Positions 11,395 through 26,200 are shown, counted from the first letter of the stretch. The stretch: 64,000 nt of DNA from Amoebophrya sp. A120 (GCA_905178155.1 CAJINV010000007.1:2709151-2773150), one strand, 5' to 3'. The notes: generated by a model from the letters alone, not told the origin. Numbers and translations: made by a program.

Positions 11395-14300
11395 TAAAAG
11401 CCCCTCAGGCGCTCGTCGTTTTGAAACCTGGCGATTAATCCCGTGTGCACTTGCGAGGCAATATCTTCGACCGCGTGCGCCTCCCGCATAAAGCCCCCGC
11501 TGTCGTCGCAATTTCCGAGATTCTTTACCAATTGGTATGAAAGTGCACAGCCGCCTCCTCTTCCGCCCGTTGGTTTTCAAAAATGTCATGGTAATATCTC
11601 CAATAGCTGCAAAGGACGAGACAGAAGCAACGCGACGCTGCCTTAAAAACAAGTCTTATTTCGAATGTAATACTTATCATCTCCCGCGCAGGAGTAAAAC
11701 GCTCTTTTTCTTTTTTAGGCTCTTCCACCTGCAGGCGGAATGTTGAGGGACAGTTGTGCTGCACTATCATAACCGGCTCACCCAGAGAAGGACTTGCATG
11801 ATTTTGGGCATCTTCAACTGCAACAGCGCCGGTTGAAACAGCAAGCCCCACTGCCGCAACAAATGCTCCCGCAGCTCAGTTATGCAATGCAAAGATGATA
11901 TCGTACCATTCAAGGACTTGGAATTTGATAGCAAGTTTGTCGAGCATCCAAATCTCCTTCAAAAAAGACGGTAGGATGAATAAAAAACAATCACAATGCA
12001 TATGATTGCCACGTGTCGTGGAGGTCTTCATGCATGCACTTCCACTTACGAGCACGATACCACTAATACGCGCAGGAGGATATCGTTCGCGCTCGCGAAA
12101 GTTCTGCAGTTGGGGTCATGTGGATCTATAAAAATGCGCTTCTCCATTTTCAGCAGGTGCTGCAGCTTCTTTCTCCGCTTCATGTAGTTTCCGTCGCCGT
12201 CCTCATGTAGTTGTACAGTGCCTGCACCATGATCACTAGTGGCCTGGCCAAGTCCTGCTCTAAGTGACGCTTCCAGCGAAACCTGTTGCTCCGTTTGGCA
12301 GAAGTTAATATTCTGATTGATGTTATTTCCACCGGACGACCTCGCTCCTGACCCAGCTATTCTTGTTCCCGCGGGAGTTGTAGAATTGTTGTTGGAATGA
12401 AAATTGTTTTCCTTCCCAGTTCCACCCAAAACCTCCTCGTACGCGCAGTAGCCGTCAATGCGAATAAACACGTGGCCCGGCACGTGCGGCAGGTACTCCA
12501 CGAGAAGTCCCTGCTGCGATGCCAAATTCCCCAGGAAGGTGCACAAGGCGATGGGATTCCCCCGCCGCAGGTCAACCACTTTGTGACACAGGGAGTTCTG
12601 AACGCTGTAGTACAGGTGGCTTTCACACCCTCGGTAGTTGTTTTCCATGAAAAACTTCTGCAGCAGCCTCACCTTTTCCGTGACCACGTTAAAATGGTAC
12701 TCCTCTTCCTGCTGGTAGGTCCATTCCATGTATTTCGTCTCCGCTTCCGGGTCGTATTCGTCGTCGTAATTTTCATCTGGAAACGCCACACGTTCTTGCG
12801 GCGGAGGTTGTTGCTCTTGAGGACTGTGCTGCACGTCGGTTGTCGTGACGGCAGCGGTATCTTCGGTGCCGGTCTGCCGTGCCGGAGCAGTATCTTCACG
12901 ACTGACGACATGACTTGAGATGACCCGGCTGCCGGAAGCCGAATCATGGTTGGTGTTCGCGCTTGTTCCGCTTGGTGTCGGTGTCATAGTGCTGTTTGTT
13001 CGGGGCGGGTTGCTGGTATTTCTTCCGTATAGATCGTGGCTGTAGCCCATCACGCCCCCGGGGTTTTGACTCATGCTACTTGCTGCACCAGCTCCTCCGG
13101 TCGTCGTGGTCCTACTAGCCGCGGGCACCATTGTAGTTTCAGGACCAATTTGGATGAATCTGGATGACGAAGACAAAGGAGCGGAGGGAGCTAAACCTGA
13201 ACCTGAAGCCGGAACAGGATCAGTTCCTCGCTTCATCGTGTTCACCCCCAAGCCGCGTTCTTTTTCCGGCGAAACTTGGAAGACCGCGTGAAACTGAAAA
13301 GCGTCATTGCGATCGGCGTACGACTTTGGATCAATCGCCATGGAGAAGATCAACCAGGCCCGGGCCAGGCAGTCCTCCGCCGACACCGGGTTGACTTCTT
13401 GTTCGAACCGGGCAATCTGCTCCGGCAGCGCTGCCAGCCGCTCCCGCTCGGCTTGCGAGAAATAGTTCGCGGTGCTAGAACTTTTTTCCTTCAGCAACTC
13501 TAAAGCCGTGGTCAACCGCAAATGCTCGGCAAGATTGAGAGCCGTGTCGGCCCACAGGGTCCATTCGGTGTACACAAAATTGTTTCGGAGGAGCAGCAGC
13601 AGGTTGGGAAGAAAGGCTGACGTTTTGCGGCACAAGGCGATGCTTTTTTCGTACAGTTGTCCTAGGTGTCCTCGTTCGTCGTACCAATCAGTCATCTTAT
13701 TTTTGTGCGGTGTCGTCGTGGTGTGAACATCGACTTCCCCACCCCCTTGCTCTTTTTTCCCCAAGTTGGAGGCTCTTTTCGGACGCTTCTTCGCTGGCTT
13801 CGATGCTTGTTCATCGTCTCCAGCACGACCTGGAAGTTGTGCGCGTTCATCCTGGTCCCCGTGATCTCCGTCGCTTGCGTCGCCGTCCGACGAAATTTCT
13901 TCATCTTCCTCTGCAGCGGCAGCCGAAGCAGTTTCTTTTGCTTTTTCCATTTGTTCCAGCTTCATCTTTTCCATATATTCATCGGCCGACAATCCGTAGT
14001 CAAAATTCGTCTCTCTTGTAGTTCTGTTCGTCGAGTTATTCGAGGCAGTACTCGTATCGGCTCGAGTTGTTCCAATCGATGATGATCCAGTCGGCGGGGG
14101 TGCCGCTGCCCGGATCATTACGTCGTCCAAATCTTCGGCGGACTCCCGATGCAGATAGTCCGCTTCGCGGAAAAACACCGCCTGGGCGTATTTGAAAAAC
14201 TCCTCTTTCTCCTTCGGGTCTACTATGGAGTTCTCAAATGTTACATTCTCAACTGTTACGTGGATCTGTAATGCAAAAATGGCAAATGTGAAAGGCAAAG

Positions 14301-17300
14301 GAGGAAGATTGCGCCTTTTGCATTACAAGTTTGGCGCAGATTTAGGTGCTGTTTAGCCCTTTCGAAATTTGTCATGCGAAGCAGCTCGATCATCTGCCGG
14401 CTTAAGGTACTTTTGCATGACAAATTCATGTAACAGCAGAATGTAACGTTTGAAAACGCCATATCTACAAGGCGCTCACTCGAAAGGAGCTCCAGCTTCT
14501 CCCGCAACCAGTCACGGTAGGCTTGCGTCACTTCCTGCACGTAGTTTTTGGTGGGTATCTATCACACAGAAAAAACTAAAAAGCAGGCAGGGCATATTTG
14601 TAATGCAAGAAGCAAATACACAGAAAAATCTGTCGCTGGCGGCCCCATAGCATGCTGTTTAGGATATGTTTTTTGTGTGTTCATTTCTGCGTTACAAATC
14701 TGACCTGCCTGTAGTACCTTTCTCTGGGGTAGCACAAATAATGCGGGCGTCTCGCGAACCTGCTCCTCTTGCTGCAGGAGCAAAAACTGTAGCACATGTT
14801 CCATTTGTTCGGGCTTCGCTTTCGTACAACCTTTGTCCTCGCAAACGAACTGCGCCAATTCGCGATCCCAAAACGCGTCCAAGTTTTTCATTGCTTCCTT
14901 GACTGCGGAAAGCTGGATCTGGAGAAAGTTCTGCGCGAAAAACGGAAGGCCGGCTGGCCCAATTTCGTCTGTGAAACCAAGCATGTAGCTTAAGTTTGTA
15001 CTTGTTCCAGCTTGATCATTGTAGTTCTCGACGTCCTTTCTGACTTGGCCATCTACATCAACATCAACCATCGTGGTCGTGGTTCCTGCAATGTTCATCG
15101 TAGTTCTTGTTCCGCTAGAATTTGTATTAGCACCAGCAGCAGCTGAACTGCCGGAGCAAGATGACTTGCCGCTGTCCTCTCCGATTTTCCTTTTCACTCC
15201 GCCTAATGCTCCCGTGCCGGCGGGAGCAACGTCAAAGGAATCCTCCTGGGCCGAAGGCGGGCAAATGTAAGTTTTGTTCTTCGAGAAATTGTTGTTCCAA
15301 TTCTTCTTTTGTTGTGCTGACACCATCTTCTCCGCTTGCTGTAGGTGCGCAGTGGAAGTTAGAGACTCGGGAGCGGACGCGGAGGTGGAATGCGCATCAT
15401 GAGAGATTATGTTATTTTCGCGGGAAGTAGAGGGTGTTGCCAAACCATCGTGTTCAAAAATACCAACGCGGACGATGAGTTGCTCTGTAGCTCTTGAAGC
15501 AGGGGGTTTTTTACTACTAGTAACCGCGGGGGCATCTTCAGCTGCAACACCAACAGCCGAAGAAGAGGACGATGTTATTAACGGAGATGATGATGTAAAT
15601 CCGCCGGTGTTTATTTCTTGTTCGGCTTGGTCGTGCGGCACACCACCTGCACGACCGACTACTGTTTTCTCCATTTCCAGCTTCAGAACTACGTCCTGCA
15701 ACGGTGAAAACCTCATATCGAGGCCGCCTGACATATTCGAAGAAGAGGTGGAGATGATTTTCCCGTTCTCTTCAGAAAGAAGAACCGCATTGTGGAACGC
15801 TGGCCGCTCCTTGTTCTCAAGATTCTTGCTATGCGTATTTCCAATGTTTTGCTCCTCATCTTCTTCGCCTTCGAGGACGTTGACACCGTAACACGCGACT
15901 TTTACTCTGCTCCGGGCCGAGAGATGCGGAAATATCAAATGCCCTTCCATTTCACTTTTTTGGTTAGGCTGCAGATGCTTTTCGTACGCTTTTGCGTACA
16001 GGGTCATTCCGCCAATCCAAGTGCGGATAAACGTCCGGACCGCAGCGCGGCGGAGCGCCATGCGCCGCAGGTAATCAACTTCTACCTGCTGGGTCTTATC
16101 TTGCTCGTTCACCAAGCTCATGGAGTCCGCCAACTTCTCCAGGAAAAGAAGACTCTGACCCAGGGAAGAAGTCGTGGGACGAGGGCAGGAAGTTGCAGCG
16201 GGTCTCTCTTCGTGTTTGTCGTTCGTACTGCCCTCGATAAAAGATGTTGAAACTTCCCACGGCTTAAAGATTTTATTCAGCTTCTGGTGGCCCGTGGCCA
16301 CCTTCCGCAGCCGCCGCGCCCAAGCGTTGTTGACATTGGTGTGCTGGTCAGAAACACCGGTAAAGGTGCTGCTAGGCGTGTTGCTAAGCAGCGACGTTGC
16401 TGACGAGGATGTTGATCCGCGCACGGGCTTCGCCTCCAAAATCGGCATCCAGAGTTCCGGAATGGGTCGCAGCGTCGCCAGCACCCGGAGCTCCTCCATC
16501 TCCAGGTAAGGGTGGCAGAACTGCTTTACCACAAAATTCAGCTGCGTGCACACCGCGGCGCAGCGAGAAACCATCTGCAGGTTCAGGTACTTCGTGAAAA
16601 TCTGATCCGCGATCAAATCGTCAGGCAGGTCCAGCAGGGAAACCACCGGCTTCGGTTCTTGCGCGTTGTAGTTTATCTGTCCCGCGGTTGGCGTTGGGTC
16701 ATCAAACTCGTCCAGGTCTGGAATTTTGATCTTGCACAAATCATCACCACTCGAGTCAGAATGTCCCGAATCCGATTCAATTTCCGCGTTGTTCTTGTTT
16801 TCTATTTCTTCTTCTTCAGATGACATTGCATAAAACGGTGTAGCACAGAACATGTCCGGTAGAACGGCCGGAACTTGCGGCCGAGGGTCAGAAGTTGTAC
16901 CGCTCACGCTCAGGGGCATGATCATTTTGTGTGGACGTCGACCAACTTGGTCTTCATTTTGAGGACCCTCTGCTGCTTGATTTTCAGAGAATATATCCTG
17001 TTGCGCGGGGGCATCTAGCTCCTTAAAATGATTGCCCTTGAGACCAGCCAGCTGCTGCGTCCTTGTGGTGCCCTCTTCTACTTCACTAGTCATGTCAGCA
17101 ACATTTTTATTGCTGTTTTCTCTTTCTGGTGACAAACCTTTCAGGACATCCTGCTCGACATGGCTTTCACACCCACCGCTAGCCGGGCTCTGCGAAAGAG
17201 CGGTTCCTGGGCTCGTGGTCTTCTTGGCCGCCTCGTGGAGGTGGTGATATTCGGCCGGTTCAAAAGATGAATCGGGCGCCGGCTGCTGCATCACACTCCC

Positions 17301-17972
17301 CAGAAACGACTCCAGCGTTTTCGGAGGGGAGAGTTCCCCAGATAGGAGGCTGTGGCTGGGCTTCGCACAGGATAAGTTCTTACTTTGACAGCTCGATGAA
17401 CCCGTCGTGGTCGCAGTCCTCGCGGTTATTTCCTGATTGATATCCACGTGCTCCTGCTTTCTGTGAAGATGCGCCGCGGCGACAGAACAAGAAGCTTGAC
17501 GATGAGCACTGCCGCTGGCACCCGTGTTTTTCCCTATGCTGGTGCCGTTTCTTCCCGTCGGCTTTCTAGTTCGAGGAGTTGCCGCCGGGACAGTACCTTT
17601 CTCACTGCCTCTGCCGCCCTTGCTCTCATCAGTGGTCGTGGCGATGACTTCAACTCGTCGTGGAGCATGATCTTGCTTCTCTTCTTCGTGCACGCTCCCG
17701 ACAAAATTCGAACCCGCCGCTCGCGGCGAAGGTTGATCCAGAGAACTAGAAGAAGCACCAACCACGTTGCCGATGAAAGAAGAGCGACCTCCTTGTTTCG
17801 GTCGCGTCCTCGGCGAAAATGACGAGGGCTGCGGAACTACAACGGCGTCCTTGTTGCACTCCTGCGGGTTCCACCCCTCCTCCGGGTCGTGGCTGTCAGT
17901 GTCACCTCCGTGCTGGTCGTGCCGCACACGACACATCTCGTTCATCCCCTTCTGCTCCTGCATGTTCATCAT
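11395..17972 (-). CDS. F-box protein with SirB1/Transglut_core2-like domain (FBXO21-like architecture)
   Basis: F-box motif SLLDLPDDLIADQIFTKYLNLQMVSRCAAVCTQL (~16550-16640). C-terminal YYSVQNSLCHKVVDLRRGNPIALC...PGHVFIR...FIDP resembles Transglut_core2. Introns are 14559-14717 (GT-AG) and 14224-14463 (non-canonical). Exons below ~12070 and the stop position are uncertain. Confidence 0.7.
14224..14463. mobile_element. Introner-like element, family A (second copy)
   Basis: Termini TATGG(A/C)GTT(C/T)TCAAA(T/C)GTTACATTC, TCTAC duplication, interior similar to 2043-2280. Removal gives ERLVD|PKEK in frame. Confidence 0.85.
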
Positions 17973-20225
17973 GACTTCTGCTTTAACTTGTTTCTGTTTT
18001 TCGTTGTCACGTGAACCAGTTATAGCTGTGCTTTCTGTAGAAGCAAGTTGTGTCCGTCATTCAAAAATCTTGTAGAGGACTCTCGGGGGGGGGGGGCGAC
18101 AACGGTAGTGCTTTGTGAATATCTTCGTTTTGAGGTTGTAGCCCGCAACATACCGGATTTCCTTTTTCCTTTCCGGTTCTTGCGGTTTCGGAAAACGAAA
18201 AGCAAAACCAGAAGTATTAAGTCGAATTAAGTCGAAAACCGAGTACGAAAATTATGGATTAACAACATCCAAAAACTCAGCGAGAATTGTGGGACCTGGG
18301 CGTGAGATTCTTTTGAAAACGAGAATATCAATATTTTCGTCTACAATTTGTTTTGACGAGAGGAGGATGAGGAAAAAGATGACGCGAGAAATCATGACAT
18401 TGATACTATTGTGCTGATGTCACGATGTCTGTGTCTGTGACCAATACATGTATCATCTGACGGACCACTACGTCGAGGACGCACATGTTAAATAACACAT
18501 GTTCGACAACACCGATAGCATAGTACACCTTTTTTCTTAAGTAACTTGTCGTGCGTGTGTGAAGATCACTTTTTTTGATGTACATTCTATAGAGACGCCT
18601 CTGCTGTGTTCACTGCGATGGTCAAAAAAAAGTAAAAGGAGCACACCAACGAGTGCCCTTTCATACGCGCGAATTCCTCGCGAACAACCCACGTGCTGCA
18701 CCAAACATCCGCGCTAGCAGGCACCTACAACTTCTCACAATGGCGTTGCTTCTTGTATTTTTTACCAATGTGATATTTGCATTTAGTATTTCATCGTGCT
18801 TTGATCTATTCGTGAGATGGAAACACGGCGTGAAATCTCAGGTGTATATCTCTTTCTCTTTTATCTTCAAAATTCCCGAAACAAAGCTCTGACCAAAGAA
18901 AAAACTATCGAAACCAAAAATCTATCGAGACAAGGTCGCATTTCTGCCTGCAATCTAGAGTGCCTGGGATCCTGTTTTCGTCTCATTTCGGTCAATCAAA
19001 GACACTAGAAATTTTCATTCTGGCGACTGACCGCACCTGGCGTTAATACCAGGAGAGATTGATTAAAAACTGCGACTGCCATGACCAACTATCCGATGTC
19101 TTCTGTAAGAAATGTTTTCAGACTAACTCATATCAACACACTGAAGTTTCTGATAATCTTTGTCTTCATGCATTGAACCATATTCACTAGAGAGAGAGAG
19201 AGAGATAACCTACATAGGTGAACTAGGCAGGACAGTATACGACGAACATCACACAGAAGAACGCTGGCCTTGCTCCCGTCCAACTGCTAGCGTGATGCCT
19301 CTCCGCCCACCTCGCAGCGCCTTCAGAAATGGCCCGGCTGACTACTCTCGGGTCGGATGCTGCGTGCGGATGCTGCTTGGTGTTATCTTGTTGCCCTAGC
19401 CGAAGTTCTCCTTTCAGGTAGTACAAGCCTGGTAGAGGACGACGATCTAGACCGAAGACTAGAACGCCCCCCAGCTACCGCGAGGTTTTTAGTAGTCAGT
19501 TTGCGTCAAGGCCGGCCGGAAGACACTAGCATTTTGAAATTTTGTAATCCATAGCATACTCATCAAATTCTCGGCCGGTAACGATGTTATTCAACAGAAT
19601 TAAGGAGAAGGTTCCCCAAATCGCACGACATCTTCATTGGCGCCACCGGGGTGCGGTGAGAAATAAGTCTGATGCCGTTCGAGTCTAGAAGTGAAATCAG
19701 ACTTTCGCGTGCCAATGGAGATGCTCTTCGCTCTCCTTAATACGCTTAGCGTGTCCCCGGCGAAAGCTGGCCCAGGTCCTGACAGAAAACAAGGGAAATA
19801 GGTTGTTACAACATTGGATAGGTATTAAATGTAAAAGTGAAAAAAAGTACGAAAAGAAAAAAACCAGTTTAGAAACAAGTTCGCAGATAGGTAAATTGCT
19901 AGAAACTAAAGAATTATTTGGCCACGACAGATCTTGCTTTTAGTTGACGACCTGCGTTGCTGCACTGTTATCTGAGAAAAAAAGTAAGACAAACAAAAAG
20001 AAAAAATCGACATACTGCATAAAATTATGATAAACAAATCTGATCACAACTCCAAGCTGGGTACATTCCGCAAATAACGCCGTGCAATCAATAATTGAAA
20101 CCGCTTTTATTATTTCGTGTGCTGCTGCCTTAATACATCTGCAACACATTATGTTTGAGACCTAAAAAATCTCCCACGGCCATGACCCCAGACCGACATC
20201 ATGATCGCCACTTTCTTTCCCTCTT

Positions 20226-23200
20226 TTATCTACTGGCGGCCACTGTCACCGTGCTGGCCTGCGTGCAGCCACCCAGACACTGGTGGATACCCACTGTGAC
20301 CGTCAATACCGCGGATTTCTGCACGGTGTTAATCGCGTGCACGTCAAACGCGCGGTCGGCATTGGCGTCTTCCGTTGTGAACGTGTAGGACGTCATGGTG
20401 TTGTCGACCGAGATGTAGGTGTTCAGGCCCTGGTTGCTCCTCACGAGGTAACCAATGATCGTATCACCACCATCGTTGTCTGGTGGCACCCACGTGAGGA
20501 CAACCTGAGTGAGAAGCATTTTGGTGGTTTCTTGTTAAGTAATTCTCGTCATAATGCAACATGGAATCAAATTTCCATTCGTTTACTACTTTGCACCGAC
20601 CTACAACGACAAAAAAAAAATGAAAATCCATTATCGTGAAAAAGTACATTTGACTGTATGACACTGGTCGCCGTGACGGATTTCACGCTGTCTGGCGGGA
20701 GCGCCGCCTTCATGCGGATGATGTCGGACAATTCGGAGTCATAGAACCCGGAGTTACTGGCCGCGATCGCAAAGTACCAGACTTGGCCAGAAGTGACCTG
20801 CAGGAACTCGTACTCGTTGGTCGCCGACGTGCCGGAATTTTTCGGCGCCACCGTAGCGAGCAGCGTCCCCTGCTTCCCGTCCACCTGATCGCCGTACACC
20901 TTGTAGGTAATCTCCGCGTTTTGGGACCCGCCACGCCCGGTTTCCGTGAAGGGCAGTTGGTTCCACTGCATTTTGATCGTGCTGTTGGTGACCACCGTAT
21001 CTTCGTGTCTCTGCACCCCGGTGTATCAGAAGGAAAAATCCCCCCTCCCCATATCAAAACGAGGCTTCTGATCAATCAGCCTTGTCTTGCAGTAGTGGAC
21101 TGCAGGCATATGCCGAGCCTGGGTAGAAGTCAGGTCTTCACATAGACGCCAACCATGGCAAATGTCGACGCTGTAGCCCCAGCAGCATCACAAACCGCTT
21201 GCATAATGCGGCGGAGCCTGTGGAGTTGCTTTGTAGCAAGACACGCGCGATTTGTGACTACAAATCAGCATCAGAAAGTTCCAAAAGCGTGCCTTTTCGA
21301 TATGGGGAGGGGGGATTTTTCCTTACGATACGGTGATCTTGGTCGGCGGGGAAACCGCGTACCCGTACCCGTCCGAAGTCGAGGTATGGGAGTGCCAGAA
21401 TCGAAATCAACAAAATCGAAAAATTTGTGATGCATAAAATGTAGGGCACGCGAGGCCTGTTTTGGGAAGCAGGCAAATGAGACCGATTGTAAACCTGTTT
21501 AGGGGTGTAAAATGTGTTGCCAGAGTAGCACGACAGGAGCAGTCTGCTTCGCCCAAACAGCATGACAGACTGGATTTTGGTGGTCCCGAAATTTGTCATG
21601 CGCCACTTGAAAACTGAGGCTCCAACTGGCATCGATTTTGTGCATCGCAAATTTTTCGATTTTGACGATTTCGATTCTGACACTTCCATACGATGTGTAC
21701 GTCGAGTAGGCGCTGGCGCCCATGGAGTTGAACGCCCGGATCTTCACCTTGTACTGCGAATTCGCCTATCAAAAGTAAAAATGTCTGGGTCTGGAAACTT
21801 GTGATGCTGGGTGGCGTCTCATGATGAGGCCACAGATGCTGGCTCAGCATGAAAAGTTTCTGAGCTCCTAGGTGTTGTCTATTCTGCATGACAAACTGCG
21901 CTTCTGCATCACAGAAAAACGGAGCTCTGGGGTAACGTGCATGACAGATTTAAGAGTCATGATAGACAAGCATGACAAACATGAATTCTTCCAGACCCAG
22001 ACACTTTTGCACTTGATATCGCCACGAGGTTTGGCGTGATGTCCGTCGCAGCCACCGTGTACGCGGGTTGGTACAGCAAGTTCCAGGGTGCCGCCGCGGT
22101 CCCGCCCATCGACACGATCTGCGGCTGATCCACCGCGGCGAGGGAAATCGCGATCTCGTAGTTGAAGACCGCAGAACCTTGATCCGCGGACGGGTCCCAG
22201 ACGATGGTGAGGGAGGGAGGGGAATAAGTCGCGGCGGAGATTTGAACGTTGGTCGGTGGGGACGGAACCGTAGCTGCGAACACGGAAGCGGTGGGTGAGC
22301 GGCCGGACTCTCCGACTTCGTTCACGGTGGAAACTTGCATCTGGTAGTTCAAACCAGAGGTCAAACCGGTGACCGTGCAGGACTGGGGCGCGGGCGAGGT
22401 CTCCATACCGCACGTCGTGTCTGCAACATCGGAAATGGACGACGCGCCACCAGAGTTGCGGTAAAGCTTGTAACTGCAATAAAGTTTTAATAATATTGAA
22501 AAATGACTATAAATTTCATTTCGATTGACGCAGCAGCAGAGCGCTTTCAGCTATCTGAAGAAACTGCAAGAGAACGTTGTCTGCCAGGTCTACCACGAGC
22601 AGTGCTTGTCTTTGCTCTTTAAGACGATCATGTAGCTTTTTCCTTCTAACATCTCAGACTACTCCAATTCGTTTAGTTTGTCTTCGACAAGGCCATCTTC
22701 GGCAAAAACTCCTCTTTCAGAGAAAAAGAGAACGACTCGCCGAGAAAGCCGTGCCTAATAAAAATTGGTTTTTCCTCATGCGGATGAACGATGAATCGTG
22801 CACGTGCTGCAGTGATGAGTACTAACTTTTTAACTGCTTTTTTTATTTTCATGCTTTAACTGCTTCATGTTCTTGATCAGTGTCATTTCTTCATTTTCAG
22901 ACTTACCTGTGTTGGACTTTTCGGTCGGCATCGTTTCAAAAAAGTTGAAACTGAGGTGCACTTCCGAGATCATACGGTTTAGTCATCATGCGAAAGCGAT
23001 TGAAGTTGAAGCCAGTATGTTGTGCATGTAGTGGAGCTACAGATCATAGAGCTGCACAAACGCAAATCAATGAATCAATTGTCGTCGCTTATTGGTCGTG
23101 CATGGCTTTATGGAATTCGTTCATGACGGCGGCAACACAGGAGCAACCTAAATTCATACCCTATCACGGTTCCACCGTTGTTCTGCACAATGCCCCATGT

Positions 23201-26200
23201 CACCTTGATCTGGTTCGGGCCAGAGCCGCTCACGTCTTGACTTGGTGCGGAGGCAAGGGCGTTCGGAGTACCGGCGGCCTGAGAGTGTTTGGGGTTTTCG
23301 TTGGAGCAATGCCAGGCTCTGTTTGATCACAAGAAACGCAGAGACGCGGCTCCCCGGTCGTTTTTCAGTGGAATGAGGATGCATTTACTTTTCTAGAAGT
23401 GAGATCAGTGGTTGTAAGTATTCAGCACACAATGTGCCACGCCGAATGCTAGGAGAAGTAAAAATCCAGATCGTATACGAAAGAAACTCAGAGGTGGCCA
23501 TAATTCTTAAAGCGTAGGTCATGATCATGATAAGTAGATCATTGATTTCTTGTTTGATGACATCGACTCAAGCGAAAAAAAAAATTGAATCCGGTGCTGC
23601 TGGTGGTCGTACATAAAAACGCAGTAGATGAGAAAAAAAGAACCTCAACTCATTTACCTTGATCAGCTGCTCGGGTGTTTCTGTTGTTCCTTTATTTGTC
23701 ACGACGGCAATTTTGAACTTGTGGAAGTTGCCCACGACGATATTCGTGCTGTAACTCATCAGGGTCAGCTGCGTTGGATCCAGGTCGAAATCCGGAGTAC
23801 CGCCGCCCGGCTGCACATCGGTGTAAACGGAGTCGCCAAGTTCCGTGCCGGTTGGCGTCTGCCGGTAGTTGGCCTTCATCACGCGGTAACCAAGAACCTG
23901 ACGGAAATCATGATCATACATAGAGGTTTTTATTCCGCCATGAATGATGATTGTACTTGTAAGTGTAACCGTAGTACTATATGCAGCATGACAAAACTTT
24001 AACTTCTTGTCGCATGCGTTTGCTAGCAGTAGTAGGATAGCACGAAAACAGACATAAGTAACCATTACCGAGCAACCCCCATCTTCACTTGGCGCGCCCC
24101 ACTGCAAAGACAGTTGGAAATCATTCCCGACCACCAATCCGGTTTTCACGGTTGGAATCGAATTTGTCACGTTCGGCAACCTATGCTTTGCAAATATCGA
24201 TCTGGGTCTGGAACAGTTCATCCAACTTGTGATGCTGTTGACTTCAGTACGTCAAAAGTAGTTGCGCAGCACTTCTTTCTATAACAAAGTGCACATTTCT
24301 CATCCTCACGCGGGGAACAACAAGGCATCAACAAGCCTTCGCAAATGTTGAACCCGTAAAAATGCTCTTGCGTGTATTTTTCTAGACGAGCACCATCTGC
24401 GTGGTTCAAAAGATGCATAACTTTTTTTATTTTTATTTCACTTTTTCATGCACTCCTATCCAGACCCACGTCCTCCATATTTGCATTTGATACAACCCGC
24501 AACTCCAGCCCGTGTACTCGTCGGATAAAGCTCCCTCCGCGACCGAGCTGACGACGGACACCTTGAACTTGTAGGGTCTATTCGCGATCGCCGGCGCGAA
24601 CACGTAGTTTCTCTGTGAACTATCCGCAACGGTGGCGACGTGCTTCAGATCCCCACCAAGGCCGTCGTTGGCGTACACTTTGTACTCGAGGAGTTGTGCC
24701 TGGTAAAGGTCGCCTTCCACCCAGGTGAGCTTAATTCCACTTGTACTGGAACTGGCCTTCTCTTCAGAAACCGTGGGTTTCGCGGGCGCGAGGGCGCAGA
24801 AAAGACGGACCTGATTTTATATCTTCGGGTCTTTTCGATTTTAATACCAGATGCAGATTGATTCTTCTGGTGTCGTCTCCTTCTTCACAAAAAAACGACC
24901 TCTTCTACTTTTTTAGCGCTATCATGCTTTTCAATATTTTCGGCACGCCAAATTTTTACCGCCGGACTGTAGTATCCCAAAGCCGCGTTCGTCTCTGCAG
25001 CGACCCGAAAGTACACGTACTGCTGCACCAGATTCTGATTGGCAATGTTGGTACACGGCACCGTCGCCTGCAATGTGACCGCCCCGGTCGTTGCCGCCGG
25101 GGTCGCCGGGAACGTCGACAGAGTGTTGGATGCCTCTAACCTCCAAGAAATGATCGTATTCCCCCCCGAGCTGGCACCCGCAGTCCAACCAACAGTCAGG
25201 GTATTTGCAGTAGAGGAAATGAAGTACGGGGGGCTGGGAGCGGACGCTCTGCTTCCCGGGTAGAAGGTCGCGGCGTTAGACGGATCTGATTCGCCAACCT
25301 CAGAAACAACCGCGATCCGGAAGCGGTACCTGTTGTTTGTTTCATGCGGTGTTTCATTTGACGTTTGTTTTGTCATAAAAACCGAGAAAATGAAAGCGTG
25401 ATGTGTGGAGCTGCCAGGCATAAAAATTGCCATGCAAAACTAGCAAGAATCCCCTCACAGACACTGGACAAAAAAAAGTTGTTCCATCCTTGGTTTACCC
25501 TAACGCCGTCGTTAACCCACTCGCGGTGTACGTGGTCTGACTTGTGTCCGCGACAAAGGTCCTCGTGTAACTCCCGGCTTGCCCGTCGTCCACGTAGATT
25601 GCGTAGCCGTAGTGGATCCCGCTGTTCAAATTCCCCGGCGCAAACTGGATCGTGATGGACGTGTCCGTCGAGCTCAACCGGGTCGGCGGGCTCGGTCGGT
25701 CCGGCTTGGGCGAGCACCGGAATCGTCTACCCTCGCTGTACTCCCCAACTCCCGCAGCAGTCAAGGCAGCGATCTTGAAGAACACGTACGCATTTGCGAC
25801 CGCGCAGGGAACGTAAGTGCCGGTGAAAACGGCACCGGAAGTGGTTCGAATGTTTGCGTTGTTCTCTCCGAGTTGGTATCAAATGCAAATATGTCATCTG
25901 GGTCCGGGAAGTTGTCATGCTAGACCGCAAAGGCAAACCCCAAACACATACAGTAGTCAGCCAAGCGTGACAAGTTTTTGCGGAGCCGGGAGTTACGCAT
26001 TTTTGCATAGACATGCCCGCGCTTCCTTTCGCGACATGCGTCACAACATCTACGGCCATGTCAGACAAGCATTGGAACTCTTGCAATCTTCCCGGAAACC
26101 CAGATGACATATTTACCATGCATAGTTGGAAATTATACCGGTCCGACGTGGCCCACACAAGCCAGTTGGTCACCGGAGCGCCGCCGCTGTCGTACCTGTT

